Shown piece by piece: positions 1 through 9,541 of a stretch of DNA of 64,000 nucleotides. This DNA is from Candidatus Zhuqueibacterota bacterium (lineage in GTDB: Bacteria > Zhuqueibacterota > Zhuqueibacteria > Thermofontimicrobiales > Thermofontimicrobiaceae), in assembly GCA_049322915.1 (NCBI GenBank), contig JBMOPW010000044.1:127850-191849 (forward strand), read 5' to 3'. A program made the translations under genes and the position numbers. The first letter of the stretch is position 1, and each line of letters begins with the position of its first letter. Under the pieces are notes generated by a model. It saw only the letters and a list, made by a program, of their open reading frames with translations. It made no database searches and was not told where the DNA came from.

Positions 1-322
1 AGCCTTCGATGTTCTGTTCGGCAAACAGAGGACTCCCGGCTGCGACGGTCCCCAGAATTGGGATTATTTTTTCTTCGCCATCGTGCAGAGAACGCTTCTG
101 AACGACTTCGATGCAACGGGCGCCACCGCGCAGATTTCGTTTTATGTAACCTTTATTTTCAAGAACATTCAAAATTCGCTGGACATTATTCACAGACGCA
201 TATCCCATTATCGCCATGATCTCCCGAATCGACGGCGGAAAACCATGCTCATCCATAAATTGGATGATGGAATTTAAAACACTGTTTTGTGTTTCAGTGA
301 TCGGTTGAGTCATAGTTTCCAT
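1..322 (-). CDS. lexA: LexA repressor, N-terminal part (runs off the window edge)
   Basis: My translation from ATG at 322: METMTQPITETQNSVLNSIIQFMDEHGFPPSIREIMAIMGYASVNNVQRILNVLENKGYIKR...IPILGTVAAGSPLFAEQNIEG. It has the LexA winged-HTH (GFPPSIREI) and the G-x-VAAG cleavage site. Not in the ORF track. Confidence 0.92.
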   Translation of the reverse strand, partial: METMTQPITETQNSVLNSIIQFMDEHGFPPSIREIMAIMGYASVNNVQRILNVLENKGYIKRNLRGGARCIEVVQKRSLHDGEEKIIPILGTVAAGSPLFAEQNIEG

Positions 323-329
323 GGGATAA

Positions 330-347
330 AGGGTAAAAATGTACCCT
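330..347. promoter_or_regulatory. Palindrome AGGGTA-N6-TACCCT, candidate LexA operator
   Basis: Perfect 6-bp inverted repeat between the lexA -10 box and the start codon. Confidence 0.55.
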
Positions 348-348
348 G

Positions 349-377
349 AATATACAAAAAAAAATTTTGCTTGTCAA
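349..377 (-). promoter_or_regulatory. sigma70-type promoter of lexA
   Basis: TTGACA-17 bp-TATATT on the minus strand. Confidence 0.75.
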
Positions 378-430
378 GCTTTTTAAACGAAAATTAAAAA
401 ATGCCGGAAAAAAATAATAAATTAACTGGC

Positions 431-949
431 TTAAAATTGTCCCTGGAGTTGATTCCTGAATCGTCCTTCATAGGTCGCTTCGCCGATGGTTTTCTGAAAA
501 ATGAACTGGCAAATGGCCGTACCCGGATGGATGCGCAGCGGCATGGGACTGAAATTGGTCATTTCCAGAACCTGCTGGTTGTGAATACCCGGGTGCATGA
601 AGCTTGCGGAGATGTGAACCAGCAGTCCCAATCGCGCAAAACGACTGCGACCTTCCAGCCATCCGCAGATATTGGGCGCCAGACGAATTGTCTCCAGGGT
701 GATCCCCAAAATTGTCTCGCCCGGCATCAGCACCATGCCCTCTGGCGCTCGCCGCAACTCAGTCATTTCTTCGTAATTGATGGTGTCATTGACATCGATG
801 ATGTCATGGACTTTTTTGAAAATTCGAAATGTATCGCCCAGATGCAGATCAATCGAGCCCGGTCCGATCATTGAAATGTCGAGCGGTGTAACGGAGATAT
901 TGCCAGCGTTTATTTCTTTGAGAATTTCGGAACGCGTTAAAATACTCAT
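431..949 (-). CDS. dcd: dCTP deaminase
   Basis: SIDLHLG, GRSRFARLGL and ICQFIF motifs of the trimeric dUTPase/dCTP deaminase family. Confidence 0.9.
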   Translation of the reverse strand: MSILTRSEILKEINAGNISVTPLDISMIGPGSIDLHLGDTFRIFKKVHDIIDVNDTINYEEMTELRRAPEGMVLMPGETILGITLETIRLAPNICGWLEGRSRFARLGLLVHISASFMHPGIHNQQVLEMTNFSPMPLRIHPGTAICQFIFQKTIGEATYEGRFRNQLQGQF

Positions 950-1101
950 GGTTTGCCTGCCAGGTTAATTTTGGAATGAGGGTTAATTTGAAAATGGCTC
1001 AAAAGTAGTGAAAATAATTTTAATGTCCAAGAAAAAAATGAGGCAGCAGGACGACATCGCGGATGAGTCGTCGCGGAGTGGCGCCGATTCGCCATCGCCG
1101 A

Positions 1102-2100
1102 TCAGATGAGAACGTCACTCTCCACTTTTTCAAGACCGGCGTCCAGCATGGCCATGACTTCCAGCGCATTGCTGCCGTCCTGAGGGTAACTGGCGAGGCG
1201 AATTTGGAACGGTGAAAGGGAGATGTGCCGCTCGATTTTATGCTGTATTTTCGAGCCGATGATCTTTGCCATTTTCAAATGCGTATGAGGCAGCAGGATG
1301 CAAACAGCGTGGTGCTGCAAATCGACGCTCACGATGTCTGCGGTTCGCAGGCAATGTTCCAGGCTGGAGAAAAGTATGGAATAAATTGAATCGAATCCCA
1401 GCGATGCCGTGAGCGAACCCATGCGCTGCGCATCGTCGATATGGAAGCGCATCAGGGTCATCTGGGTTGATTTGGCTACTGTCTGCTGAATGGATGTTGT
1501 CACAATTTCAGAGAATTCATTCCACGCGCAGTGCGGGAGATTGCTCTCCAACAGCGCTGTGGTGAGGCTCTGTTCGCTGTAGCTGATTAAAAAATCGGAC
1601 ATGGACGCCATCAGGCTGTCCGAGGAAATATATCGGTCGGATACCTGTTCATCGAGGTTGAAGGGAATTATATCGTCGATGGAAAACTGCGCGGGCGGCT
1701 GCAATGATGGAGCCTGGCCGTAGGATGATTTCGCGGGCTGAATCAGACATCGTATTCGTTCTGTCAACTCATTCCGATGAAATGGCTTTTTCAGAAAATC
1801 AAGACAAGGATATTCTCTCGGGTCGATAGTCGTCGGGATGTGGAACGCGAGCACGATGATCGGCACAGCGCCAAACATGGGAATGCTGCACATCAGGTGT
1901 AGCGCTGACAGTCGCTCATTGGCCAGCTCTGTCAGGTCAATTAAAGCAAGCCGGGAATGGCGCTGCTGAATTTTCAGCCGAAGCGCATCGAGGGAGGAGC
2001 AGGTCTCGACGGTTAATTTTTCATCTTCGCAAATCGATTTTAAAATCGGGGCGCCGGCAGTTTCGGAAAAAATCAGAATGGTGGAGTCGGTATTGTTCAT
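1102..2100 (-). CDS. Receiver-like domain plus degenerate GGDEF-like domain protein
   Basis: N-terminal REC fold (LALID, FLKKPF). C-terminal LRTADIV...ILLPHT...ASYPQDG, but no GGDEF motif. Confidence 0.65.
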   Translation of the reverse strand: MNNTDSTILIFSETAGAPILKSICEDEKLTVETCSSLDALRLKIQQRHSRLALIDLTELANERLSALHLMCSIPMFGAVPIIVLAFHIPTTIDPREYPCLDFLKKPFHRNELTERIRCLIQPAKSSYGQAPSLQPPAQFSIDDIIPFNLDEQVSDRYISSDSLMASMSDFLISYSEQSLTTALLESNLPHCAWNEFSEIVTTSIQQTVAKSTQMTLMRFHIDDAQRMGSLTASLGFDSIYSILFSSLEHCLRTADIVSVDLQHHAVCILLPHTHLKMAKIIGSKIQHKIERHISLSPFQIRLASYPQDGSNALEVMAMLDAGLEKVESDVLI

Positions 2101-2163
2101 GGTCTTTCGTTCGGGAATTGGGTGAGTTACGGATGCCCAAAGACTTGCTCATCGTAAGCATCC

Positions 2164-2178
2164 GCAATTCTTGTACCA
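2164..2178 (-). promoter_or_regulatory. Candidate sigma54 promoter
   Basis: TGGTAC-AAGAA-TTGC (GG-N10-GC) about 65 bp upstream of the REC-GGDEF gene. Confidence 0.55.
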
Positions 2179-2485
2179 GTAGTAATGAGCTGCATTACCA
2201 CTTAAAAAGCAAGGAATTAAAAGAATGCGATGGAGCTTTTCAATTAAAAGTTAATGAGTTATAAGAATAATCAAATTGAGAATTGAAATATTTGTTACAT
2301 TTTAAAACAAGCGTTCATTGCCATGGAACAGCGTGGTTCAATCGGTCGCATGAAAATTAAGAAAGGCGGTACTCGCTCTCGTTGAATTGCCAGGGGGCAT
2401 GGAATCGATCACGGAGCGAATTGCTGGCCGTGGCAGCGGACAGGGATTTTTTAGATTGAATTTATTTGAAGTTGCATCGTATGAA

Positions 2486-2801
2486 ATAGAACGCGGATAA
2501 CACAGATGACACGGATTTTCGCTGATTTTTTGCCTTGATCTGTAATGGAAATTCAAATAAATTTTGGCGGTTAAAAATGGATAAGCTATTGTAATGAGAT
2601 TGAAAACCGAGTAATTCACATCTCATATAGCAACCGATTTTTAAATCATTTAAAATTGAAAGCTTAAAAACCGGGTTTAAAACTAAACTGCCAAATCTTC
2701 TTTTACCTTTTGGGGTTAGCTTATATTAAATAAGTTTGTTCATAACTTAACTCATTGTTAATCAGCGTTATCCCCGCTTAGCGGGATCGTCCGCGTTCTA
2801 T
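2486..2801. repeat. Inverted-repeat-bounded non-coding element (MITE/REP-like)
   Basis: ATAGAACGCGGA (2486-2497) pairs with TCCGCGTTCTAT (2790-2801); inner pair CGCTGATT / AATCAGCG; AT-rich interior. Confidence 0.5.
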
Positions 2802-2882
2802 GAAATGGTCAAATAAACAACGCTTGAAAAATCCCTGTCCAATAAGGGGCGGAAGCCCAACAATCAAAGGTGAATTTCTGTT

Positions 2883-2902
2883 CCCCGACTTAAAAGTCGG
2901 GG
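2883..2902. repeat. REP-like hairpin
   Basis: CCCCGACT-TAAA-AGTCGGGG perfect stem. Confidence 0.45.
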
Positions 2903-3085
2903 CTATTCAAGATGTCTAACTTTTAACTTTTTCAAGGAATTGCCACGTTATTTATGATGTGGATCAAAGTCGTTTAAGGCTTTTTAGAGTCGACCCGGGA
3001 ATGAAAATGAAATTGACATCTTCTTGTAACTTCGTGGCTTGGTGACCTTGAGGCAAGAATACACGCCTGAATAGTGACAAAATAC

Positions 3086-3114
3086 TTGATTTATTTTTTT
3101 GTTTTAACTATATT
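3086..3114 (+). promoter_or_regulatory. sigma70-type promoter
   Basis: TTGATT-17 bp-TATATT. Confidence 0.5.
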
Positions 3115-3200
3115 AAAAAGCCTGATAGCAACAACAGGTTTCTTGCCCGGTGCACAACGCAAAAGATGCACGATCCGGCGTAACCCTGAAGGAGCAGCCG

Positions 3201-3566
3201 ATGTTGAACCCCCAAATTTTCTGGAATATTGTCGCTCTCTTTTTCGCACTACATGCCATGCCACTCGCCGCATCTCCAACCTTGATGTTTCCCGAAAGCG
3301 CTGATATAAATACTGTTTTTAAACAGGAATCGTCTCATGAGTCTGCCATAAATCCCTGTGGAAGCCGGGTCGTCCCGGCGATTTACCGACTGGACTTTGG
3401 GCGCGAAAGGGAGCGTTCGCGCCGGGGCCGGACTGCTCCATTCGCGTCATTCAGGGTGAATGAGATGCGCGGTGAAATTGTTTCGTCGCTTCCTCAATGG
3501 GTCTCTGGCCGAAGCGCTATCGCATTGTTTTCAGACAGCGGCACGGAAAAAGGCGCGTGCAAATGA
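3201..3566 (+). CDS. Hypothetical small protein, possibly exported
   Basis: GAAGGAG RBS before the ATG; hydrophobic N-terminus (IFWNIVALFFALHAMPLAA); no recognisable domain. Confidence 0.3.
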   Translation: MLNPQIFWNIVALFFALHAMPLAASPTLMFPESADINTVFKQESSHESAINPCGSRVVPAIYRLDFGRERERSRRGRTAPFASFRVNEMRGEIVSSLPQWVSGRSAIALFSDSGTEKGACK

Positions 3567-3628
3567 CCGCTCGAAAATCCGGGGATGAGCGACATTGTCG
3601 CATTCAGTTCGAAGATAGCTAATGAACA

Positions 3629-3714
3629 TAGCCTGCATTGTTCATAGTATTTTTAAAGGAGGCTGGCTAACCTGAATGGTGCTCTTTTTAGAATAAACGT
3701 ATAAAAACTGAGTT
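3629..3714 (+). repeat. Non-coding motif, copy 1 (copy 2 at 63862)
   Basis: 47/54 nt identical to 63862-63915, plus a shared downstream TATAAAA(A)CTGAGTT. Confidence 0.75.
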
Positions 3715-3842
3715 ACAAAATAGCTTAGTTTTTAGCTAATTGAAAATCTGAATGTTGACTCAAATTCTGAGCAAGTTCATGAATAATTCAGGATAGATGA
3801 ATAAATTCACTCAATTTACTCGTGCAAAATGGAGGATAGAGC

Positions 3843-4928
3843 ATGGCCGGTTTCGAAGGAATCAAGTGGGCATCTTCTCAAATGCGTTATGTGCTGAAGG
3901 ATAAGTCTTTTACATTGATGGGTTCGAATGGTAAAGTGTTTGCAGTGTCTCGATCCATTCATTACGGTTTATTTCTGGCATTCGAAGGGATTCGCTTTTT
4001 CTGCAAGAGAACGAATAACGGCTCGTTGGTGGTGAATTTTTTAAATCTGGAGCAAAACCTGGATCGGTTCCAACGGGGAATTGCATTTAACCTGAGTACA
4101 GCCCAGCAGCCCATGGTGCCGACTGTGGAAGAAATGTTGACTATCTTTTTGAAATTCTTTCGGGACCCCGGCATGAGGAGCTTTTTCCAGGAGATGGCCG
4201 ATCTGGGCGCCCAGGGCTACCTGCGTCCATTCACCATCGATGAAGAACAATCCATTGGCGTCACTTTCCCCGGTAATCCGGCGATCCGCGCTGTCGTGTG
4301 TCGCTACGACCGCTATCTGGGCGAGCCATTTTCCGGCGTGGTGATTCCCAATATGGTCAGGGCGGTGGATATCAACGGGACTGGCTGTCTGAAGCTGGGC
4401 ATCAATTATTTAATGAGCGTGCGCGCTGTCGACGCCGCGAAAAAAATCCTTCCCGGCGCTGGCTCGGCTCTGTTCCTGGACGACCAGCCCCATGCGCCGC
4501 TGGAATCCCGGAAGGTGACCGAATGGGATTCCTCCTGTTGCCTCTTCGCCCTCAGCGATGGCACGGTGGTGAAGATTCCTGAAAGCAATCTCATCCTGCC
4601 ATCGGTGACGATTCAGGGCATTTGCACGATTCTTACACAAATGGGAGTGACCGTTGTTGAGCGCGACATGACCTATGGCGAATTGATCGAACGTTCGAAG
4701 CGAAAGGAGGTCGTCGCCAGTTGCAGTGTTGGCACAGCGGGGATTCTCAATCGCGCCAACAAAGTCCTGCTCATCGATGGCGCTGGAAACACGCTGGCCA
4801 TTCAGGAAGCGAATCCTTCGCACGAATTGTACGAAAAATTGGGGGAAGCGAGGACCTACTACTGGCACATTTATCAGGAAAAAGTGCCGGCGCCGAAAGG
4901 CTTGAAATTTGATAAATATGAAATTTGA
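3843..4928 (+). CDS. Class IV PLP-dependent aminotransferase (divergent branched-chain aminotransferase-like)
   Basis: IHYG...FEGIR, YLRP, K in GCLKLGINY, ILPSVT, VGTAG; GGAGG RBS. Confidence 0.8.
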   Translation: MAGFEGIKWASSQMRYVLKDKSFTLMGSNGKVFAVSRSIHYGLFLAFEGIRFFCKRTNNGSLVVNFLNLEQNLDRFQRGIAFNLSTAQQPMVPTVEEMLTIFLKFFRDPGMRSFFQEMADLGAQGYLRPFTIDEEQSIGVTFPGNPAIRAVVCRYDRYLGEPFSGVVIPNMVRAVDINGTGCLKLGINYLMSVRAVDAAKKILPGAGSALFLDDQPHAPLESRKVTEWDSSCCLFALSDGTVVKIPESNLILPSVTIQGICTILTQMGVTVVERDMTYGELIERSKRKEVVASCSVGTAGILNRANKVLLIDGAGNTLAIQEANPSHELYEKLGEARTYYWHIYQEKVPAPKGLKFDKYEI

Positions 4929-5179
4929 AGCGACAGCTATTTTGAACGTGCGATATTGGGTGCATAAAATTTCATGGCGCAGCCCGGGATGAGCATGACT
5001 GACCTGGTTTCATTGAATTGAATATCACTGAACCGAAGGTCGGAGTGCTGCGACCGGGTACCGACTGTTCCCCTGTTTGGCTGATTAATTTTTGTCAAAA
5101 CAAGGGCGCTGTTGGTATAGATATTCTTCATTAAAGGTTAAAAATTGGTCTTGCATGAAACAAATTCAGGAGGAGTTGC

Positions 5180-5518
5180 ATGAACAAACGCGCTGCCATT
5201 TTGACGCTGTTGAATATCACAGCGATGGCCGACGGTCAGATTACTGAGGATGAAACAAAAATGATCACTGAAGTGCTGCAAAAGGAACTGGACTGTTCCG
5301 AGGATGAAATCGCGCGGGGACTGGAGGAGAATACCCAGATGCTGAAGAAGAATTCAGCCCAGATGATCAAAGAAGCTGTGCTGATTTTACGGAATGAATG
5401 TAGCGTCAACGAAATGAAGGAGTTGATCAAATTGATCAAAAGGCTGACCACTGTGGATAAAGACCTGGATCGTCGAGAAATTTTAATGGTGGAATTATTG
5501 ACCCAATTGACAACATAA
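5180..5518 (+). CDS. TerB-family (tellurite-resistance-like) protein
   Basis: AMADGQITEDE and VDKDLDRRE motifs; AGGAG RBS. Confidence 0.7.
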   Translation: MNKRAAILTLLNITAMADGQITEDETKMITEVLQKELDCSEDEIARGLEENTQMLKKNSAQMIKEAVLILRNECSVNEMKELIKLIKRLTTVDKDLDRREILMVELLTQLTT

Positions 5519-5533
5519 GGATCGAGCGCATCG

Positions 5534-6619
5534 ATGAGCAACAGTTTTGGCCATATTTTTCGAATTACAACATGGGGAGAATCCCATGGGAACAGCATCG
5601 GCGTTGTAATTGATGGATGTCCCCCCGGCATTGAGATTTCACTGGATTTCATCCAGCAAGAGCTGAACCGGCGCCGACCCGGCCAGAGCGACATTGCGAC
5701 GCCCCGGAAAGAGAGCGATACAGTGTATCTGCGTTCCGGCGTTGTCGGCAATATCTCGACCGGCATGCCCATCACCCTGGAGATTTTCAACGAAGATGCG
5801 GACAGCTCTCAGTATGAGTCGTTTCGGCATACGTTCCGACCCGGTCACGCAGATTTCACATTCGAACAGAAATACGGCATTCGGGACTACCGCGGTTCAG
5901 GGCGGTCTTCCGGCAGGGAAACAGCGGCTCGCGTCGCGGCCGGCGCAGTGGCCAAAATGGTATTGCACCGATTGAATGTGGATATTTACGCATTCACCAG
6001 GGCGATTGGCGCCATTGAGGCTGAGGCGGTGGATCGGGATGAAATTGAGCGGAATATTGTGCGTTCGCCGGATAAAGCAGCCGCGGTGCGCATGATCGAG
6101 TTCATCAAAAAAATGAAAGATCAGAAGGATTCCATCGGTGGGATTGTGGAATTGCGCGTCAACGGGCTGCCGGCCGGATTGGGTGACCCGGTGTTTAACA
6201 AATTCGATGCCGCCATGGCCTCGGCCATTTTCGGTCTTGGCGCTGTGAAAGGCGTGGAGATAGGCGATGGGTTTGCCGTTGCCCGCGCCACCGGTTCTGA
6301 GAACAATGACATTTTCGTCAACAAGGGCGAGCGGATCGGGACAGTGACCAACCATTGCGGCGGAGTGCTGGGAGGCATTACCACCGGTGAGGAGTTCGTG
6401 CTGCGCGCTGCCGTGAAACCGCCCGCATCGATTGGCAAAAAGCAGAATTCTGTGGATAAACAGGGCGTGGCCACCACCATCGAAATCAATGGCCGGCATG
6501 ACCCAACCATTATCCCGCGCATCGTCCCGGTGGTGGAGAGCATGGCGGCGATTGTGTGTCTCGATTTCATTCTGCGGCAGGAATCCATTCGCGCGTTCAT
6601 TCCTGATGCGCCTAAATAA
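5534..6619 (+). CDS. aroC: Chorismate synthase
   Basis: GESHG, RPGHAD, GRSSGRETAARV and GRHDP motifs. Confidence 0.97.
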   Translation: MSNSFGHIFRITTWGESHGNSIGVVIDGCPPGIEISLDFIQQELNRRRPGQSDIATPRKESDTVYLRSGVVGNISTGMPITLEIFNEDADSSQYESFRHTFRPGHADFTFEQKYGIRDYRGSGRSSGRETAARVAAGAVAKMVLHRLNVDIYAFTRAIGAIEAEAVDRDEIERNIVRSPDKAAAVRMIEFIKKMKDQKDSIGGIVELRVNGLPAGLGDPVFNKFDAAMASAIFGLGAVKGVEIGDGFAVARATGSENNDIFVNKGERIGTVTNHCGGVLGGITTGEEFVLRAAVKPPASIGKKQNSVDKQGVATTIEINGRHDPTIIPRIVPVVESMAAIVCLDFILRQESIRAFIPDAPK

Positions 6620-6699
6620 TCGCTGCGGCGCTGAATTTTTATTCAGCCGTCTGCGCCCTCAGCCTCACCCGGCTCTTTGATCCTGAAAAAACATACAAT

Positions 6700-6738
6700 A
6701 GCCCTGATTGATTTCAACTCTGTCAGGGCTTTTTTTTT
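6700..6738 (+). terminator. Intrinsic terminator after aroC
   Basis: AGCCCTGA...TCAGGGCT followed by a T run. Confidence 0.7.
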
Positions 6739-6809
6739 ACCTGCACATATTCATCCGGCAGTGAATGACAATTCCCATTGCGCCACTTCAAATTTATCCT
6801 TCAAGCCAT

Positions 6810-6836
6810 TAATTTTTTAATGTTTCCTTCCGATGA
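6810..6836 (+). promoter_or_regulatory. Possible sigma28-type promoter of the chemosensory operon
   Basis: TAAT-N15-TCCGATGA versus consensus TAAA-N15-GCCGATAA. Confidence 0.35.
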
Positions 6837-6923
6837 AATAGATGGGTAAAATAGCCCCGGATTTTGAACGGTGTAAAAAGCTATCAACTTATTGGTGAGC
6901 AGAGTTTCTGCCAGGTCATTTTT

Positions 6924-7388
6924 ATGCATGCGAATGAAGTTGACAAAACAGTGGAACTGACGATAATAATATTTAAAGTGGGCGAAAAGTTGTTCGGACT
7001 GAGCAGCACCGATGTGGTCGAAGTGCTGCCCATCCTCGAATTATTCGATGCCGGTGAACCTACCGAGGCCTATGACGCGGTGTTCAATCTGCGCGGAGAG
7101 ATCATTCCTGCGCTGAACCTGAAGCGGCGATTCGGCGCGGACGACGGTCATTTCGAAATCTGGAATAACATTCTGGTGGTCGAAAATGCCGGCGTGAAAT
7201 ACGGGCTGATCGTTGAGAAAGTGCTGGATGTGGTTACCTTCGATCCGGCAATCAAACGAGCAGAACTGCACTGGACTCGGCTGAACAGAAATGAGGTGTT
7301 CAATTGGGGGCATTCGGTCGTTGCCATGCTCAACCTGAAAGACGTTTTGAAAAAGGCGAAACTCGCGCAATCTACGGAGGCAGTGTGA
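6924..7388 (+). CDS. cheW: CheW adaptor
   Basis: NLRGEIIP and GLIVEKV motifs; start codon uncertain. Confidence 0.85.
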   Translation: MHANEVDKTVELTIIIFKVGEKLFGLSSTDVVEVLPILELFDAGEPTEAYDAVFNLRGEIIPALNLKRRFGADDGHFEIWNNILVVENAGVKYGLIVEKVLDVVTFDPAIKRAELHWTRLNRNEVFNWGHSVVAMLNLKDVLKKAKLAQSTEAV

Positions 7389-8905
7389 TTCGAACTTCAG
7401 AGTCATTGTTTTTTCGTTTGAAAGAATTAATCGCCGGTAAAATAGGTTTGAATATCAACGAGCGCAAACTGGACGAACTGGAAAAGGCGTTGCTCAAAGG
7501 ATTCTCGAACTCTCAGTATTCCAGTTTGCAGGAATACATGTCCTGGCTGACGCGGATCCCGATTTCGAGCCCGGATTGGCGCAGCCTGATAGAAATTCTG
7601 ACGGTGAACGAAACCTATTTTTTTCGAAATGCACCCCAGCTTGAGTCGCTGCGGTCGGTGATTTTCCCGGCGATCATTGATGCGAAGCGCCAACGAAACC
7701 GGCGGGAGCTTCGTGTCTGGAGCGCTGGTTGCGCTACCGGTGAAGAGCCCTACTCCATCGCTATAATGCTGAGCGAGATTCTGCCTGATTTTAGAAAATG
7801 GAACATCTTCATCCTGGGGACTGACATCAATCATTCATCCCTGGAAAAGGCAAAGGCCGGATTCTATCGCGAGTGGTCTTTCAGGGACGTGCCGCAACGG
7901 ATTAAGAGCGAATATTTCACGCCGCAGGATGGGGGATTGGTCATTCGGCCGGATATTCAGCAGATGGTGACTTACAATTATCTGAATCTGGTCGAGAATT
8001 GTTACCCTTCATTCTACAATCAAACGACAGATATGGACATCATCATCTGTCGCAATGTGATGATCTATTTTTCGAATCCTACCTCCGAGCGGGTGATCGA
8101 GCGGTTTTACCAGACGCTGGATACGAACGGCTGGCTGCTGGTGGGCCATTCTGAACCCATGACCATGCTTCCCCATAATTTCGCCACCGTCAATATTCAG
8201 GACGCCCTGTTTTATCGCAAACCTGATCCCCTATCCGCGAAAGAGAAATCAGCCCATTCCGTGGTTGCGCCCTGGAAAAGCGGTGAGTCAGCGATGCGCT
8301 CTCCGAAATCACGACAAGGGAATTCCCACGCGGAAAAGAAAATCCGAACGGTAGGGAGATTGAATGCATCCCCATCGAATCCATCGCGCCAGCAACAGCA
8401 CGCCGAGGACGTGTCCGAAGTGAACAAGCTGGTGGCTGCCGGAAAGTGGCAGGAGGCGATACAGACATTGACGCTCAAAATTCAGGCGCGCCCGGAAAAG
8501 GTGGACTATTACCTGGACATTGCCAAAATTTATGCGAATCAGAAAATGCCGGACCAGGCGCTGCGTTGGTGCGAGAATGCGCTGGAAAAGGACAGGAGTT
8601 ATCTTCCTACCTATTTCATCACCTCGCTCGTGTACCAGGAACTCAATCGGTTCGCCGATGCAGAGCGGTTGCTGAAACAGGCGCTGTACGTGAACCAGGA
8701 TTTCCTGTTCGGCCATTTTCATCTGGCCATGTTGTATCAAAAGACCGGCGATTTGAATAAAGCAAAAAAAATATTTTCGACTATCCAGCGCCAGCTTGCA
8801 GAATTGTCCGGGACGGATAAATTGATTTGCAGCGATGGATTGACAGTCGAACAAATGTCGAAGCTTGTTTCGACCTATACTGGAAAATTGGATCAATCGG
8901 GATAG
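7385..8905 (+). CDS. cheR: CheR methyltransferase with C-terminal TPRs (WspC-like)
   Basis: ETYFFR, WSAGCATGEEPYS, CRNVMIYF; TPR tail; GTGA overlap with the cheW stop. Confidence 0.92.
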   Translation: MIRTSESLFFRLKELIAGKIGLNINERKLDELEKALLKGFSNSQYSSLQEYMSWLTRIPISSPDWRSLIEILTVNETYFFRNAPQLESLRSVIFPAIIDAKRQRNRRELRVWSAGCATGEEPYSIAIMLSEILPDFRKWNIFILGTDINHSSLEKAKAGFYREWSFRDVPQRIKSEYFTPQDGGLVIRPDIQQMVTYNYLNLVENCYPSFYNQTTDMDIIICRNVMIYFSNPTSERVIERFYQTLDTNGWLLVGHSEPMTMLPHNFATVNIQDALFYRKPDPLSAKEKSAHSVVAPWKSGESAMRSPKSRQGNSHAEKKIRTVGRLNASPSNPSRQQQHAEDVSEVNKLVAAGKWQEAIQTLTLKIQARPEKVDYYLDIAKIYANQKMPDQALRWCENALEKDRSYLPTYFITSLVYQELNRFADAERLLKQALYVNQDFLFGHFHLAMLYQKTGDLNKAKKIFSTIQRQLAELSGTDKLICSDGLTVEQMSKLVSTYTGKLDQSG

Positions 8906-8917
8906 TTGTGAACGGTC

Positions 8918-9487
8918 ATGAATGTGAATAAAACCAAACCGGCAGCGATTGCCAGGCCTGATGACGATCAAATGCTGCTTGAGACAATTCTGCGACAGCG
9001 GGCCTGGAATTACTCTCAAATCAAGACTATCGGCAAGCCTTCGCCGGGGACAATCCGGGTGGTGCTGTTGTTATTTGGGGATGAAAAATATGGCCTTGAA
9101 GTTCGCTACGTCAAAGAGGTGGTGCCTCTGCGCCAGTTGACGCCGGTGCCATGCACGCCGGATTTCGTCACCGGAATTATCAATGTCCGCGGAACCATTA
9201 TTTCCACGATTGATATGCGCCGGTTTTTCAATTTAAAGACGACCGGCCTCACCGACTTGAACAAAGTCGTGGTGATTAAATTCGGCGATTTCGAAATGGG
9301 GATTTTGGCCATGGATGTCTCCGAAGTGAAAAACATTCAGCTCGAAGATTTGCACCCGGCGGCCGGTTGCCTGACTGAGATTGATCCGGAATATATCAAA
9401 GGCGTTTCGAATAAAATGGAAGTGATTCTCGATCTGAAAAAGCTGATCGAAGAACAGCGATTTGTCATCAGCGAAGAAGTTGAATGA
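8918..9487 (+). CDS. cheW: CheW adaptor (second copy)
   Basis: LTPVPCTPDFVTGIINVRG. Confidence 0.92.
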   Translation: MNVNKTKPAAIARPDDDQMLLETILRQRAWNYSQIKTIGKPSPGTIRVVLLLFGDEKYGLEVRYVKEVVPLRQLTPVPCTPDFVTGIINVRGTIISTIDMRRFFNLKTTGLTDLNKVVVIKFGDFEMGILAMDVSEVKNIQLEDLHPAAGCLTEIDPEYIKGVSNKMEVILDLKKLIEEQRFVISEEVE

Positions 9488-9541
9488 AACGCGGACACAG
9501 CGGGGGAGAGATGATTGCACGCTTGAAAATTGAGACAGCGC

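Noticed and set aside
83..874. Plus-strand ORFs 83-277 and 401-874
   Set aside because: Antisense shadows of lexA and dcd; the same applies to most short overlapping ORFs in the track
3629..3714. TPP or SAM-I riboswitch
   Set aside because: ACCTGA, CTGAG and GGTGC words are present but in the wrong order or without the other conserved elements
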